DNA of 64,000 bases, taken from Spirochaetia bacterium (GTDB lineage Bacteria > Spirochaetota > Spirochaetia > DSM-2461). This document shows, piece by piece, positions 1 through 10,972 of the stretch (positions are counted from its first letter, which is position 1; each line of letters opens with the position of its first letter). Position numbers and translations under genes: made by a program. The notes beneath the pieces were generated by a model. That model saw nothing but the letters and a program-made list of their open reading frames with translations. It searched no databases and was not told the DNA's origin. The stretch lies in the NCBI GenBank assembly GCA_963668315.1, contig OY764216.1, positions 1,568,001 through 1,632,000 on the forward strand, written 5' to 3'.

Positions 1-71
1 ACGCCCGCTCCTCCCGCAAGGAGATGCAGAAACCCATGATGGATATCTTCTTTTACGAGCTGATGCGCTAA
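1..71 (+). CDS. 3' end of an unidentified CDS entering from the left edge
   Basis: Open frame from nt 3 reads ARSSRKEMQKPMMDIFFYELMR then TAA (69-71). It converges on and overlaps the stop of the next gene. Too short to identify. Confidence 0.35.
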   Translation, partial: ARSSRKEMQKPMMDIFFYELMR

Positions 72-1939
72 TCCTGGGAGGACGTATTTTCGGCGTCGGG
101 ATTGTAGTGCAGAATCCTTATGGTCTGGGTCGCCCGGCGATGACGGATTTTGACATACAGGGTGTTCTTGGACGCATCATAGAGCCATCCGTCGGAGTAA
201 CGCTGAAAGCTTCTGTCGCTCTTCCAGCGGATGCCGTGCATCTGAAGCTCCGTAAAGGGCGGGATTCCCCGAATAATGAAATAATGCTCCGAACCGATGG
301 GAAAGTCCACGTTTATGACCGTTTCCCGGGGCGTGCTGTTCACTGTCATTTTTGAGGAAGCCGTATAAGCCCAGGCTCCGGCGCCCAGCTGGTTTTTCAG
401 GCTGATTCTCCGGGGCCGGTAGGCGGAATTGCTCAGGAGGGTATATACCTCTTCGGGGGGAATCGATCCCTCCTGCTCCGCCTCGGACTGGTTGTTGTAT
501 ACGATTTTCTCCGGCAGATATCCATTGATATCGCTGTACTTGAGGCAGGACAGAATATATTTCCAGCCCGATGCCAGAAGCTCTTCATCATCCAGAATCT
601 CGGAATAGCGGATCAGCAGATTACCGAACCGCAGGGTCGGTCGAATCTCAGCGATGCCCTGATCGTCAAAGAGAAGCAGGTCGTCCTTTATCCAGAACGT
701 ACGGCCCTGCAGAATCTCTATGATACGGGCCAGGCTGTTATTGTTATCCCCTGTGGGGTTCTTTTCCATATATTCAAGCTGGATGGCCATGCGGCCGAGA
801 AGATTATCGAAAGAACCGTCTCCGTTCACCCCATGGACCGCCATGTCAAAGAGGGCGCCCGTCTCCCGGTACAGCTCCACCTGGGAATCGAAGAAATCGA
901 CCAGGCCGTCGAAGGAGAAGAGATCTTCGTTGCCTTCGGAAAGATAATCCTCGTAGGTGCTGGCTTTTCTCCAGTCATCCACCATCAGGGCATTTCCCTT
1001 GTCGACCACGTCGTCAAAGAAGGGCGAAGAGTAGGCCGTCATCTGGGAAGACTGGCGGGATACGCCGCCCTGGAGCATGGAGACGGCATTGTCGTACTGT
1101 CCCTTCGAAAGAGCGCCCATGACAAAGGAGACAAGGCCGTCTTCGGAAAAATAGGTGGTGTTGTCCTCATCGGGGCGGGTGATAAGTCCCGTGCGGGTAT
1201 CCAGATGGTTCTGGAGCGACTGAATCACCCGGTCGAAAAACTGGTCAAGGGACGTATTGTAGATCATGCTGTTGAGAAGGGCGCCTTCCTTTTCATACCA
1301 GTCGGCCAGGCTCCTTCCTGTGCCGGAGAGGGTCTCTTCCAGCACGATGCTCTTGATGATGTTGTTGGAGACATTCAAATATATTCTGTTGTCCTCCAGG
1401 TCCATGACCGTATCGGAGGGAATGGTTATGTAGTAATTTTCTTCACTTTTGGTCAGCTTATACAGCTCGTTGTTATCCTCTTTTACCAGGGAGAAGCCGG
1501 GAACCGCTCCCGCCGGAAGGGTTACTTCATTAATCGGCGGAATCGTCAGGGGAAGGTTGGGCAAAAGGGTAACCTTTTTGCTGTGGATATCCGATATAAA
1601 GATAAGGGACACGTTTTTATCAAAATTAACGGTAATCCGGTCGTTTTCCGCCGTATACTCCTGCAGTGTCAGAGGGTGTTCGATCCCGTCGCTGGTCTTT
1701 ATGACAAGCTGGGAAAAGGGCGTGAAATCGAATTCCATGCCGTTAAAGGAGAGAACGAGATTTCTCGTTTTAACCGGAGCAAGAAGGGAACCGGTGGTGC
1801 GCCGGCCGATATAGCTGATATTGCCCACCACACCGCTGAACCGCTCCAGCTTGATAAAGTGAAGTGTCAGGAAATAAAGAGACGTTAAGACGAGCAGGAA
1901 AGGGGCAAGCAGATATCTTCTGGGTATACCGGTTTTCAT
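68..1939 (-). CDS. Hypothetical membrane-anchored/exported protein (~623 aa)
   Basis: Long ORF. Start moved to MKTGIPRRYLLAPFLLVL (ATG at 1939) because the ORF-track extension overlaps the divergent gene and a promoter sits just upstream. One N-terminal hydrophobic segment; no family recognised. Confidence 0.75.
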   Translation of the reverse strand: MKTGIPRRYLLAPFLLVLTSLYFLTLHFIKLERFSGVVGNISYIGRRTTGSLLAPVKTRNLVLSFNGMEFDFTPFSQLVIKTSDGIEHPLTLQEYTAENDRITVNFDKNVSLIFISDIHSKKVTLLPNLPLTIPPINEVTLPAGAVPGFSLVKEDNNELYKLTKSEENYYITIPSDTVMDLEDNRIYLNVSNNIIKSIVLEETLSGTGRSLADWYEKEGALLNSMIYNTSLDQFFDRVIQSLQNHLDTRTGLITRPDEDNTTYFSEDGLVSFVMGALSKGQYDNAVSMLQGGVSRQSSQMTAYSSPFFDDVVDKGNALMVDDWRKASTYEDYLSEGNEDLFSFDGLVDFFDSQVELYRETGALFDMAVHGVNGDGSFDNLLGRMAIQLEYMEKNPTGDNNNSLARIIEILQGRTFWIKDDLLLFDDQGIAEIRPTLRFGNLLIRYSEILDDEELLASGWKYILSCLKYSDINGYLPEKIVYNNQSEAEQEGSIPPEEVYTLLSNSAYRPRRISLKNQLGAGAWAYTASSKMTVNSTPRETVINVDFPIGSEHYFIIRGIPPFTELQMHGIRWKSDRSFQRYSDGWLYDASKNTLYVKIRHRRATQTIRILHYNPDAENTSSQD

Positions 1940-1946
1940 TGAATAG

Positions 1947-1975
1947 ATACTACCCCATGCGGAGTAAATATTCAA
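1947..1975 (-). promoter_or_regulatory. sigma-70-like promoter, probably leaderless
   Basis: Minus strand TTGAAT-N17-TAGTAT-N7-ATG(1939); no Shine-Dalgarno. Confidence 0.55.
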
Positions 1976-2051
1976 CTCCCGCTGTACATGAACCTGTCCT
2001 GCTGTTATATTGATCTGAGCCGAAATTCGTCTCTTGAAGGAGTATTGAAAA

Positions 2052-3491
2052 ATGTTTAAAAGGCTATTCCTTTTCTCTGCGGGACTGGTGCTGCTGCCTG
2101 TCCTTTTCACCGGATGTCTATCCCTGGCCGCGGCGGATAATCCCGAGCCGGAGAAACCTTCGGCAGAGGCTCAGGGCGAACCTGTCCCATCCGCCGAAGC
2201 AGAGGAAGACTGGACCGGAGAGCTGGCTGCGCTTCAGGAGACGGGCGATAGGGCGGGAATGCTGGCCCTTCTGGATGAACACAGAACGGAGCTGAACGGG
2301 GAGCAGGGCTCCCTTTATATGTCCCTTCTCATGGCGGAGTCACGCCTGGATGAAGCGGAGGAAGTGGGGCGGGAACTGCTGGATGCCATGCCGGAGGATG
2401 TAAGCGTCCTTTATATGAACGCCCTGATCATGGATATGGAAGGAAGGGGAGAAGACGCCCTGGAGCTCATTGACAGGGCTTACGGGCTGGATGCGTCCGA
2501 TCCCGACGTCAACCTGTTCATGGCCGAAATGGAACTGCGCGATAAGGACTACCGTCAGGCGGATAAGTACCTGAGCGTTGTCCTGGAAAAGGAGCCGGAC
2601 AATTTTTCCGCCCTGGTGGCCAAGGCCGACGTTCTCATGCACCTGGGGCAGGGCAACGACGATCTGAACAAGAAATTCCTGACCGACGCCGTGAAAGTCC
2701 TTGACCGGGTGGAGGAAATCGCCCCCGATTATGTCTATACCTATGTGGACCGTTCCCGCGCTCTGGCCGTTCTGGGCAATACGGCGCGCGCCATGAAGGA
2801 TCTGGATAAGGCGGTCGAGCTGGAACCGGATGTGGAGTGGCACTATCTGGACCGGGTCGTGCTGAACCTGAAATATTTCGGGTGGCTGGACAAAGCCTTG
2901 GAAGACCTGAAGACTCTGGAGTCGATAAATCCGGATAATCTCTTCGCCCATATTTACTCCGCCGGTGTCTACGACGATATGGGGGATTATGACACGGCCC
3001 TCAGTTATTATGAGAAAGTGATAGAGGCAAGACCCGATTATGCCTATTCCTATGAGGGAGCCGGAAAAATTTACTATATCAAAGGAAATTACGCCAAGGC
3101 TGAATACTGTTTTCTCAAAGCCTATGAATTGATTTATCCCTATGAAGGGTATATACTGATGGCCGCTCTGGCCATGAAAAATCAGGGCGATAACTTCCGG
3201 GCGAAGGAAATCCTCCAGGATACATTGAAGACCCTGGACAGGGAAAGCCTTATGTACGAAGTTTTCCGTTACGCCAAAGAGGGGGGATCGGATTTCTTCC
3301 TGACCGGAGAAATAGCCAAAGAAACCGATGCCGACGCACGCAATAAAGCCTGGTTCTATCTGGGCGAATTGTACCTTCTGCAGGATTCTCCCCGGTCGGC
3401 TCAGGCCGCCTTTATGAATTTAAGCGAAGAACACGATTCTTTTGAGGCGGATATCGCCAACTGGCACAACGAACAAGGAGTTAACAGATAA
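2052..3491 (+). CDS. TPR-repeat lipoprotein
   Basis: Signal peptide ending LFTGC (lipobox), many TPR-like helical repeats (e.g. AMKDLDKAVELEPD, ALSYYEKVIEARPDY), AAGGAG upstream. Confidence 0.85.
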   Translation: MFKRLFLFSAGLVLLPVLFTGCLSLAAADNPEPEKPSAEAQGEPVPSAEAEEDWTGELAALQETGDRAGMLALLDEHRTELNGEQGSLYMSLLMAESRLDEAEEVGRELLDAMPEDVSVLYMNALIMDMEGRGEDALELIDRAYGLDASDPDVNLFMAEMELRDKDYRQADKYLSVVLEKEPDNFSALVAKADVLMHLGQGNDDLNKKFLTDAVKVLDRVEEIAPDYVYTYVDRSRALAVLGNTARAMKDLDKAVELEPDVEWHYLDRVVLNLKYFGWLDKALEDLKTLESINPDNLFAHIYSAGVYDDMGDYDTALSYYEKVIEARPDYAYSYEGAGKIYYIKGNYAKAEYCFLKAYELIYPYEGYILMAALAMKNQGDNFRAKEILQDTLKTLDRESLMYEVFRYAKEGGSDFFLTGEIAKETDADARNKAWFYLGELYLLQDSPRSAQAAFMNLSEEHDSFEADIANWHNEQGVNR

Positions 3492-4691
3492 ATGGGAGCA
3501 ATAACCGTTCATAACGAGTCGGATACGGTCAATAGGATTAAGCTGGAAGACAAAGAGATCGTTCTGATAGGAACGGCCCATATCTCGGCGGAGAGCTCCC
3601 TTGAGGTCCGCCGGGCCATAGAAGAGGAAGAGCCCGACCACGTCTGTATCGAACTGGATTCGGGCCGCTACAAAACGCTGGAGGAAGGAAACAACCTGAA
3701 AAACATGGACCTTTCCAAAATTTTCAGGGAAGGAAAGGGTTTCCTTGTCATGGCCAATCTGGTCCTCAGCTCCTTCCAGCAGAAGATGGGCGCCGAACTG
3801 GGAACGAGATCGGGGGACGAGATGCGGGCCGCCCTGGATATAGCCAAAGAGCGGGGCATCAGCTTCTCCTTCGACGACAGGCCCATTCAGACTACCCTGC
3901 AGCGTGCCTGGGCCAAGTGCAACCTCTGGAATAAGCTGAAGCTCCTTTCCGTCCTCATCTCCAGTGCTTTCTCCAATGAGAAGATCAGTGAAGAGGAGCT
4001 GGAGGAACTGAAGAAGAGCAGTGCCATCGAGAATATGATGGGGGAACTGGCCGATTTTCTTCCCCCCGTCAAGGAAGTGCTTATCGATGAGAGGGACCAG
4101 TATCTGGCCACCAATATCTTCCAGTCGAAGGGGACAAAGGTTGTCGCCGTCATTGGGGCGGGGCACGCACCCGGATTGATCGGCTGGCTCCGGAAACTGG
4201 CCGCCGGTGAGGTCGACGGCTCCCTGGAAGAGATTTCAGAGATCCCTCCCAAGAAAGCGGGGGCGAAGATTCTGCCCTGGATCATTCCTGTCATTATCGT
4301 CGCCCTATTTGTTCTGGGGGGACTTCAGGGAATGGATACGCTCAAATCCATGGGACTGGCCTGGATTCTGGGAAACGGTATCTGCGCCGCCGTGGGCTCT
4401 CTTCTCGCCCTGGCCCGTCCGCAGACAATTCTCATCTCCTTTGTGGCGGCTCCCATCACTTCTATGAACCCCACCATCGGCGTCGGTTTCGTCACGGGGC
4501 TTCTGGAGTATTTCTTCCGCAAGCCCAAAGTGAAGGATCTGGAGAATCTGAGCAAGGACGCCGGTTCCCTCAAGGGGTGGTACAGGAACCGGGTGACCCG
4601 GGTGCTTCTGGTCTTTTTTCTCTCCAGTCTGGGCAGTTCCATAGGTACATTCTGGGCCGGGGCAAGAATTGCCATGATTTTTGCCGGATAA
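3492..4691 (+). CDS. TraB/PrgY (TraB/GumN) family protein with C-terminal TM helices
   Basis: Motifs LIGTAHIS, VCIELD, LIDERD and VAVIGAGH; hydrophobic C-terminus. Confidence 0.88.
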   Translation: MGAITVHNESDTVNRIKLEDKEIVLIGTAHISAESSLEVRRAIEEEEPDHVCIELDSGRYKTLEEGNNLKNMDLSKIFREGKGFLVMANLVLSSFQQKMGAELGTRSGDEMRAALDIAKERGISFSFDDRPIQTTLQRAWAKCNLWNKLKLLSVLISSAFSNEKISEEELEELKKSSAIENMMGELADFLPPVKEVLIDERDQYLATNIFQSKGTKVVAVIGAGHAPGLIGWLRKLAAGEVDGSLEEISEIPPKKAGAKILPWIIPVIIVALFVLGGLQGMDTLKSMGLAWILGNGICAAVGSLLALARPQTILISFVAAPITSMNPTIGVGFVTGLLEYFFRKPKVKDLENLSKDAGSLKGWYRNRVTRVLLVFFLSSLGSSIGTFWAGARIAMIFAG

Positions 4692-4765
4692 AACTTGATT
4701 TATAGGATTTCATCAATTACGATTATTACAGAAATTTAATTAATGTAATAATAGAAGGTGACAAA

Positions 4766-6352
4766 ATGAAATCTATTGCAGCAAAAATCTTTTTATTCGC
4801 TCTGTCCATCATCATTGTTCTGGCCGGTCTCGGACTCTTTATTTCCGCTGCCGGTCTGGAAAATCTTTCTTCCCAAATAAGCGAATCCTCCCTGACCATG
4901 AAAGTTCAGGGTGATATGGAATCTCTGGTAATGGCTTTCCGCTATGAGTACGGCGATGTCCGGATCGAATCCGGCCGTCTGCTGGATGAGAGGGGAGAAG
5001 CCGTTGACGATTATGCTTTCATCGATAATTTAGCCTCGAAACTGGGAATCACAGCGACGGTTTTTATAAAGGATGGTAACGATTACCTCCGTATCCTCAC
5101 CAATATTCTCAAGGAAGACGGTTCCCGCGCTGTGGGAACGTATCTGGGAAGGGAGAGCGCCGCCTTTCAGTCCATCACTTCGGGTAAGCGATTTCTGGGA
5201 CGGGCTACGATTCTGGGGAACCCCTATCTCACCGCCTATGATCCTCTTAAGGACAGAGCGGGGAAGGTTATCGGAATCCTCTATGTCGGTATTCCCGAAA
5301 AGGAGATCGCCGATCTGGCCAGAAAGGAAACACGGCGGACTCTGATCACCATGGTGATATCCCTTGTGGGAGTTTCCCTCGTCATTCTTCTTCTGGCCCT
5401 TTATATCAGCCGGCGCATGTCGCAGCCGATCAAAGAGGGGGTGCAGTTCACCGGGAAGATTGCCGACGGGGTACTTTCCGCCTCCATTGACAGGGCTTAT
5501 CTTGAACGGGAGGATGAAATTGGTCTTCTCGTGGGCTCGATCGAGGAGCTGAAAAAGAAACTGAGCCATATTATCAGCCAGGTTTACGTCTCCTCGGGGG
5601 AGATTTCCCAGAAGAGCAGCTATCTGAATGATGCCTCCAACGACATTGCCTCGGGCGCTTCGGAGCAGGCCTCGGCGGTGGAGGAAATCTCCGCTTCCAT
5701 GGAAGAGATGAGCAGCAATATTCAACAGAATGCGAATAATGCCAGAAGAACCCGGGAGATCGCCGAGAGGGTTTCCGGTAAAGCCGAGGAGAGCGGAGAA
5801 TCCATGCGCCGCGCCGTGGTATCGGTCGGTCAGATAACCGAAAAAATCTCCGTGGTGGAGGAAATCGCCCGTCAGACCAATATGCTGGCCCTGAACGCCG
5901 CCATCGAGGCGGCCCGGGCGGGAGAATACGGCCGGGGATTCGCCGTTGTCGCGGAGGAAGTGAGAAGGCTGGCCGAGAAGAGCCGCCAGGCCTCCCTTGA
6001 AATCGGTGAACTTTCCCAGACAACACTTCGTATTTCTGAAGAGGCGGGCCGAATGCTTACGGAACTGGTCCCCGAAGTCCGGGAAACGGCCAGTCTGGTA
6101 CTGGATATCGATACGGCTTCGGAAGAACAGCGCATCGGGGCCGACCAGATTAATCAGGCGATTCTTCAGCTGGACGAAATCATTCAGAAGAACGCCGCCA
6201 TGGCGGAGGAGACAACCATGTCCGCATCGGCCATGGCGGAGCAGTCCGTACAGCTTCAGCAGATCATGTCCTACTTTGATCTGGATGAGACAGAAAGGTT
6301 CATAGCCCTTGACAATGAAGAAGAAAAGGATAAAATGCCCCTATTGGTATGA
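4766..6352 (+). CDS. Methyl-accepting chemotaxis protein (Cache sensor, HAMP)
   Basis: Two TM segments, Cache-like region (ATVFIKDG...RAVGT...YLTAYDPL), MCP hairpin [30 protein letters not shown]. Confidence 0.95.
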   Translation: MKSIAAKIFLFALSIIIVLAGLGLFISAAGLENLSSQISESSLTMKVQGDMESLVMAFRYEYGDVRIESGRLLDERGEAVDDYAFIDNLASKLGITATVFIKDGNDYLRILTNILKEDGSRAVGTYLGRESAAFQSITSGKRFLGRATILGNPYLTAYDPLKDRAGKVIGILYVGIPEKEIADLARKETRRTLITMVISLVGVSLVILLLALYISRRMSQPIKEGVQFTGKIADGVLSASIDRAYLEREDEIGLLVGSIEELKKKLSHIISQVYVSSGEISQKSSYLNDASNDIASGASEQASAVEEISASMEEMSSNIQQNANNARRTREIAERVSGKAEESGESMRRAVVSVGQITEKISVVEEIARQTNMLALNAAIEAARAGEYGRGFAVVAEEVRRLAEKSRQASLEIGELSQTTLRISEEAGRMLTELVPEVRETASLVLDIDTASEEQRIGADQINQAILQLDEIIQKNAAMAEETTMSASAMAEQSVQLQQIMSYFDLDETERFIALDNEEEKDKMPLLV

Positions 6353-7110
6353 TAAACGCAGTTTTCCTTCTGGTTCTGAAATATATTCTTCTCTTCTCCC
6401 TGGGTTCTATAAGCGGATGGGTCATTGAACTCTTCTGGCGACGCTACCGGGGAAAGGCCAGAAGGTGGATCAATCCGGGGTTCCTGAACGGGCCCTGGCT
6501 TCCCCTCTACGGTTTCGGGTGCATCGTCCTCTATCTACTCTGTCTGCCCGGCTGGCCCGTTTATATAAGGGGACCCGTCTTCCTCGCCGTACTTACCGTG
6601 CTTGAGCTCCTGGCGGGCCTTATCTTTATCGGTCATTTCAAGATACAGCTCTGGGACTACTCGAAAAACCGTGGTAATATCCGGGGGCTTATCTGCCCCC
6701 TCTACAGTTTTTTCTGGATGGTGCTGGGACTTCTTTTTTCCTATTTCGTCTATCCCTATCTGGAGGACATGGCCAGGGCTCTCAACGAGCACAGGGAACT
6801 CTCCTTTTTTATCGGCATCTACGGGGGACTGATCTCCACCGATCTGTGGCAATCCTTCAATCTGGCCCTGCGCCTCAAGGGTTTCGTGCGCGAAACGGAG
6901 GAGCGGTGGCTGGTGGATTTCGAGAAATTCAAGCTGGAACTGCGGGATCGGGTGCAGGAGGACATCATCAACCGCACCCATTTCTTTCTCCCCTTTCACG
7001 GAGAGCTGGGCGGTTCACTCAGGGAGCAGCTTAAGCGGCACAAACGTGATCTGCCCCTTCCTCTGGCTCCGCTCAGGAAAGTCCTGGATAAGCGCCATAG
7101 AACGCGCTAA
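6349..7110 (+). CDS. Putative ABC-transporter permease-like membrane protein (CmpB/DUF1113-type)
   Basis: Motifs [21 protein letters not shown] and LWDYS..NIRGLIC; ATGA overlap with the MCP stop. Confidence 0.8.
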   Translation: MINAVFLLVLKYILLFSLGSISGWVIELFWRRYRGKARRWINPGFLNGPWLPLYGFGCIVLYLLCLPGWPVYIRGPVFLAVLTVLELLAGLIFIGHFKIQLWDYSKNRGNIRGLICPLYSFFWMVLGLLFSYFVYPYLEDMARALNEHRELSFFIGIYGGLISTDLWQSFNLALRLKGFVRETEERWLVDFEKFKLELRDRVQEDIINRTHFFLPFHGELGGSLREQLKRHKRDLPLPLAPLRKVLDKRHRTR

Positions 7111-7349
7111 AGGCGAAGCTGGTCCATATCCAGCTCCATGTCCTCCATCTTCTTCATTATGAAGTTCCGTGAGTGGGAGATCCCCAGGTTATAGAGCTCC
7201 TTTCCGACCTTTTCCGTCATGAAATCCAGAAGCAGCTCCGCCTTAAGCAGGCCTATCTCCTGGTCCCATTCTTCATCGATATAGCTGATCAGTTCTTCAA
7301 CAAGTTTCTGCTTCTGATCTTTTTCCAGGTTGAGGGGGGATTTTTTCAT
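7107..7349 (-). CDS. DUF2164-like small protein
   Basis: 80 aa; pattern EIGLLKAELLLDF...G.ELYN.GI; AAGGAG upstream. Confidence 0.75.
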   Translation of the reverse strand: MKKSPLNLEKDQKQKLVEELISYIDEEWDQEIGLLKAELLLDFMTEKVGKELYNLGISHSRNFIMKKMEDMELDMDQLRL

Positions 7350-7384
7350 GTTAGCTCCTTATCCGGGATCGGGGCGGTTTTTTA

Positions 7385-8764
7385 TCAGTCCCGCCTGTCC
7401 GGTTCTCTTTTCATCCAGGGAAGGGTCCCGAAATCTTTGACATTGGTAATATTCAGAAGAGTCAGACCTTCCGGTGCCGAACCTTTCCGGCCTTTTCCGG
7501 GAAGCAGCATGGTTTTGTATCCCGTATCGGCGGCCGCTTTGATCCGCCTCTCCCTATGGGACACCGGCTGTATCTCCCCGGCCAGGGTCAGCTCGCCCAG
7601 GGCCAGAAAATCGCCGGGAAGGCAGAGGCCCGTCCTGGCCGAGAAGAGTGCCAGGGCGAGGGGCAGGTCGGCTCCCGTCTCGGTGATGCGGAGGCCCCGC
7701 GCCACATTGATGTAAATATCCTGGTCGGAGAAACGCAGGCCTCCGTGTTTTTCCAGAATGGCGGCGATGCGGGACACGCGGTTCTGGTCGAGCCGGTCGG
7801 AGTAGATGCGTGAAAGGCTTCCCTTGGCCGGAACGGTCAGCGCCTGAATCTCGACCAGCAGCACCCGGCTCCCTTCGTAAAGGGTAGCGGTCGCCGTTCC
7901 TGCCGGGGGCGGCCCTTCCCGGTGTACGAGGAACAGTCCCGAGGTGTCCTTCACTTCCTCAAGCCCTTCGCCCCCCATACGGAAAAGTCCCAGCTCGTCG
8001 GTGGAGCCGAAACGGTTTTTCTGGGCCCTCAGCATACGCAGATCACTGCCGGACTCCTCGAAATAGAGAACCGTATCGACCAGATGCTCAATCGCCTTGG
8101 GGCCGGCTATGGCTCCTTCCTTGGTCACATGGGCCACGAGGAAGAGCACCGCACCCAGCTCCTTGGCGGCGCGGATCAGTTCAAAGCAGCAAAGCTTGAG
8201 CTGGTTTACCGTTCCGGGGACTTCCCCCGCCGCGTCGGTAATCAGGGTCTGAATGGAATCGATGATAATAAGGGACGGCTTGTGCTCCGTCAGAACGGGA
8301 AGAATCTCTTCCAGGCGGGAACCGGTGAATACAAGAGGTCGTTCCAGATCGATTTTAAGGCGCTTTCCCCTCTGTTTGATCTGGGCGGCCGACTCTTCGC
8401 CGGAGACATAGAGGACGGAGCCCTCCGTTTTTACCCGGGAGGCCAGCTGCAGCAGAAGGGTGGATTTTCCTATGCCCGGTTCGCCGCCGATCAGTACGGA
8501 GGAACCGCTCGTGATACCCGATCCCAGGAGGCGGTTCAGCTCGGGGAAGCCCGAATCGATCCGCACATGGTCCGGTTCGGCCACCTCGGCCAGACTCTGG
8601 ACCCGGGCCGGTTCGGCCGCCGCCTGATGGACGGAGCTTTTACCCTTGGCCGGTTTAAACTCGGTAAAACTGTTCCAGCTGTCGCAGCTGGGGCAGCGGC
8701 CGAGCCATTTAGGCTCGGTGTGTCCGCACTCCTTGCACAGGTATTGTGTCTTCTCCCGGGCCAT
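7385..8764 (-). CDS. radA: DNA repair protein RadA/Sms
   Basis: Zn finger CKECG...WLGRCPSC, Walker A GEPGIGKST, KNRFG motif, Lon-like C-terminal domain. Confidence 0.97.
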   Translation of the reverse strand: MAREKTQYLCKECGHTEPKWLGRCPSCDSWNSFTEFKPAKGKSSVHQAAAEPARVQSLAEVAEPDHVRIDSGFPELNRLLGSGITSGSSVLIGGEPGIGKSTLLLQLASRVKTEGSVLYVSGEESAAQIKQRGKRLKIDLERPLVFTGSRLEEILPVLTEHKPSLIIIDSIQTLITDAAGEVPGTVNQLKLCCFELIRAAKELGAVLFLVAHVTKEGAIAGPKAIEHLVDTVLYFEESGSDLRMLRAQKNRFGSTDELGLFRMGGEGLEEVKDTSGLFLVHREGPPPAGTATATLYEGSRVLLVEIQALTVPAKGSLSRIYSDRLDQNRVSRIAAILEKHGGLRFSDQDIYINVARGLRITETGADLPLALALFSARTGLCLPGDFLALGELTLAGEIQPVSHRERRIKAAADTGYKTMLLPGKGRKGSAPEGLTLLNITNVKDFGTLPWMKREPDRRD

Positions 8765-8776
8765 GGCGCAGGATTT

Positions 8777-9799
8777 CTACTCTATGGAAAGGAGCTGGAT
8801 CTGGAACACGAGCCAGCTGTTGGGAGGGATGATATTTCCCACGGCCCTTTCGCCGTAAGCCATCTTGGGGGGAATGACAATAGTCCGGACCTCTCCGGTT
8901 TTCATGGCAAGAATAGCTTCCAGCCATCCGGGGATGACCGAATCGGTTCCGATCGTTATGGAAAAAGGCTGGCCCCTCTCCACGGAGCTGTCGAAGACGG
9001 TTCCGTCGGGGAGCATGCCCGTATAGTGAACGCTGACGGTATCACCCATTCGGGGAGTGTCGCCGTAGCCTTCGTACATGACGTTGTAATAAATGCCGGA
9101 CATGGTTTTACCGTAGCTGTCCAGGCTTCTGATGACCGAAGCCACCTCGGGATTCGTCTCTTCGAGGAGGGACAGTTCCCGTCCACGGGCTTCGGTATAG
9201 CGGGAGGCAAAGGCCTGATCCCCGGTCACGAAGGATTCCGCGTCGGAGCCTCTGCGTATGATGGAAACGCTGATAAGCTCATCGCCGGCGGTCAGTTTGT
9301 TCAGGATCTTCTCTCCCGATACAATCTCTCCGAAAGGCGTATAAAGCCTGTCCAGATAGGGGTCGCCCGCCCCTTTGGTGATAAAGAAAGCCGAACCGTT
9401 CGATTCGGTGGGAAGCCCGGTCATGACAAGCACGCCGGATTTTCCGCAGGTCAGGGTAAAATCCTGTTCCCGGGGAATGGTATAACCGGGGTCGCCGTTC
9501 CCGTTGTTCAGGGGATCACCGGAGAAAACAGCGTAATTCTCGATATCCCTGTAAAAGGTAAGCCCGTCGTAGTAGGGCACTCCCTGGCGGACTTCCCGGG
9601 AAATGGCGTTTTCCGCCAGACCCGCGAAGGAAGTCACGGTCAGAGGGGTATGGGTGTAGTCCAGTTCAAAGACCATTTCCCCTTTGGACGTTTCAAAGGC
9701 TGCATAAAGGCCCGGTGCCAGCTCATTCTCATCTACCGCCGTCAGAGGCGCGATGACGAAGCAGAGCAGTGCGGCCGCTAAAGTACTAAATCTTTTCAC
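8777..9799 (-). CDS. Exported cyclophilin-FKBP fusion PPIase; cyclophilin half degenerate
   Basis: Signal peptide; divergent cyclophilin domain (FYRDIENYAVFSGDP); intact-looking FKBP (VHYTGML.DGTVFDSS, VIPGW, IPPKMAYG). GTG start. Confidence 0.9.
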   Translation of the reverse strand: MKRFSTLAAALLCFVIAPLTAVDENELAPGLYAAFETSKGEMVFELDYTHTPLTVTSFAGLAENAISREVRQGVPYYDGLTFYRDIENYAVFSGDPLNNGNGDPGYTIPREQDFTLTCGKSGVLVMTGLPTESNGSAFFITKGAGDPYLDRLYTPFGEIVSGEKILNKLTAGDELISVSIIRRGSDAESFVTGDQAFASRYTEARGRELSLLEETNPEVASVIRSLDSYGKTMSGIYYNVMYEGYGDTPRMGDTVSVHYTGMLPDGTVFDSSVERGQPFSITIGTDSVIPGWLEAILAMKTGEVRTIVIPPKMAYGERAVGNIIPPNSWLVFQIQLLSIE

Positions 9800-9817
9800 C
9801 CTGTACCCCCTGATATT

Positions 9818-10846
9818 TTACTGGAAGTCTACCAGTTCGATCTCGAAAACGAGCCACGTGTCGGGGGGAATAACCCCGCCGGCGCCCCGGCTGCCGTAAG
9901 CCAGTTCGGGGGGAGACACGATAGTTCTCTTCTCGCCCTTCTTCATCTGAAGCAGAGTCAGGTCCCAGGCGGGAATCACCTGACCGATGCCGACCTGGAA
10001 TTCGAAAGGCTCGTTCCTGTCGTAGGAAGAGTCGAACTTCCGGCCGTCAAGGAACGTACCTTTGTAGTGGGCTTTGATCAGAGTTCCCCTGGCGGGGGTG
10101 GCTCCGGTGCCTTCTCTTTTGATTTCGTAATAAACGCCGTTATCGTCCTTCTGGATATCGGGGAAGAGGGACTGGATCTGTGCCAGAGTCTCCTTGGCCT
10201 GTTCCGCTTTCTCCGCGGCCAGCTTTTCCTCGATCTCCCGGTTCAGCTTGTCAAAAGCTTCCTGGCCGGTGGCAAAGGCTTCTGCCTCGGCGCCCTTGCG
10301 GATAATCGTTACGGACTTGATCTCGTCGCCCTGCTGAACCGAATCGACCACTTTCTGACCTTCGACGACATGGCCGAAAATCGTATGGGCCCCGTTCAGG
10401 TGGGGAGTGGGGACGTGGGTAATGAAAAACTGGCTTCCGTTGGTTCCCGCGCCGGCGTTGGCCATGGCCAGTTTACCGGGGGCGTCGAACTTCAGAGCCG
10501 GATCGATCTCGTCGGCGAAACGGTAGCCGGGACCGCCCGTTCCGTTGCCCAGGGGGTCTCCGCCCTGAATCATGAAGTCGGAGATTACCCGGTGGAATTT
10601 CAGGCCGTCATAGTATTTTCCATCCCGGGCCTTGGTATCCATCGTTCCCTCGGCGAGGGAGACAAAATTACACACGGTCAGGGGCGTTCTTTCGTATTCC
10701 AGTTCACAAAGAATTTTACCCCGGGTCGTATCAATTTCCGCATAAAGGCCGTCGGCCAGATCCTGATAGCTGTTGCTGCATCCTGACATAATAATTGTTA
10801 TGAACAACACGAATGCTGAAAGTATCCTTAAGGGACGGTTGTTCAT
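9818..10846 (-). CDS. Cyclophilin-FKBP fusion PPIase, lipoprotein
   Basis: Lipobox MSGC; cyclophilin motifs [15 protein letters not shown] and [19 protein letters not shown] motifs [15 protein letters not shown] and PELAYG. Confidence 0.95.
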   Translation of the reverse strand: MNNRPLRILSAFVLFITIIMSGCSNSYQDLADGLYAEIDTTRGKILCELEYERTPLTVCNFVSLAEGTMDTKARDGKYYDGLKFHRVISDFMIQGGDPLGNGTGGPGYRFADEIDPALKFDAPGKLAMANAGAGTNGSQFFITHVPTPHLNGAHTIFGHVVEGQKVVDSVQQGDEIKSVTIIRKGAEAEAFATGQEAFDKLNREIEEKLAAEKAEQAKETLAQIQSLFPDIQKDDNGVYYEIKREGTGATPARGTLIKAHYKGTFLDGRKFDSSYDRNEPFEFQVGIGQVIPAWDLTLLQMKKGEKRTIVSPPELAYGSRGAGGVIPPDTWLVFEIELVDFQ

Positions 10847-10972
10847 CTTTCCTCCTTACGCTCCGCTCTCCGGCGGGCACAGATTTTTGGGGAAGCGGCG
10901 AGTAAAAACCGCAATGAGCGCAGTATAACACAGGAGAGGATTTGGGAAAACCCCGGGCAGATGCCAACCCCG

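Noticed and set aside
3492..4691. TraB as evidence of a conjugative element
   Set aside because: It is the TraB/PrgY/GumN family in a chromosomal operon; no T4SS or relaxase genes are nearby.
4695..4730. sigma-28 promoter for the MCP (TTTA-N15-TACGATTA)
   Set aside because: Too many mismatches to TAAA-N15-GCCGATAA in AT-rich DNA to support.
7922..9781. 619-aa plus-strand ORF and other long antisense ORFs (e.g. 833-1888, 37589-39043, 46733-47944, 53849-54910, 56687-57775)
   Set aside because: They lie antisense to well-supported genes and have no motifs; typical shadow ORFs of GC3-rich coding DNA.
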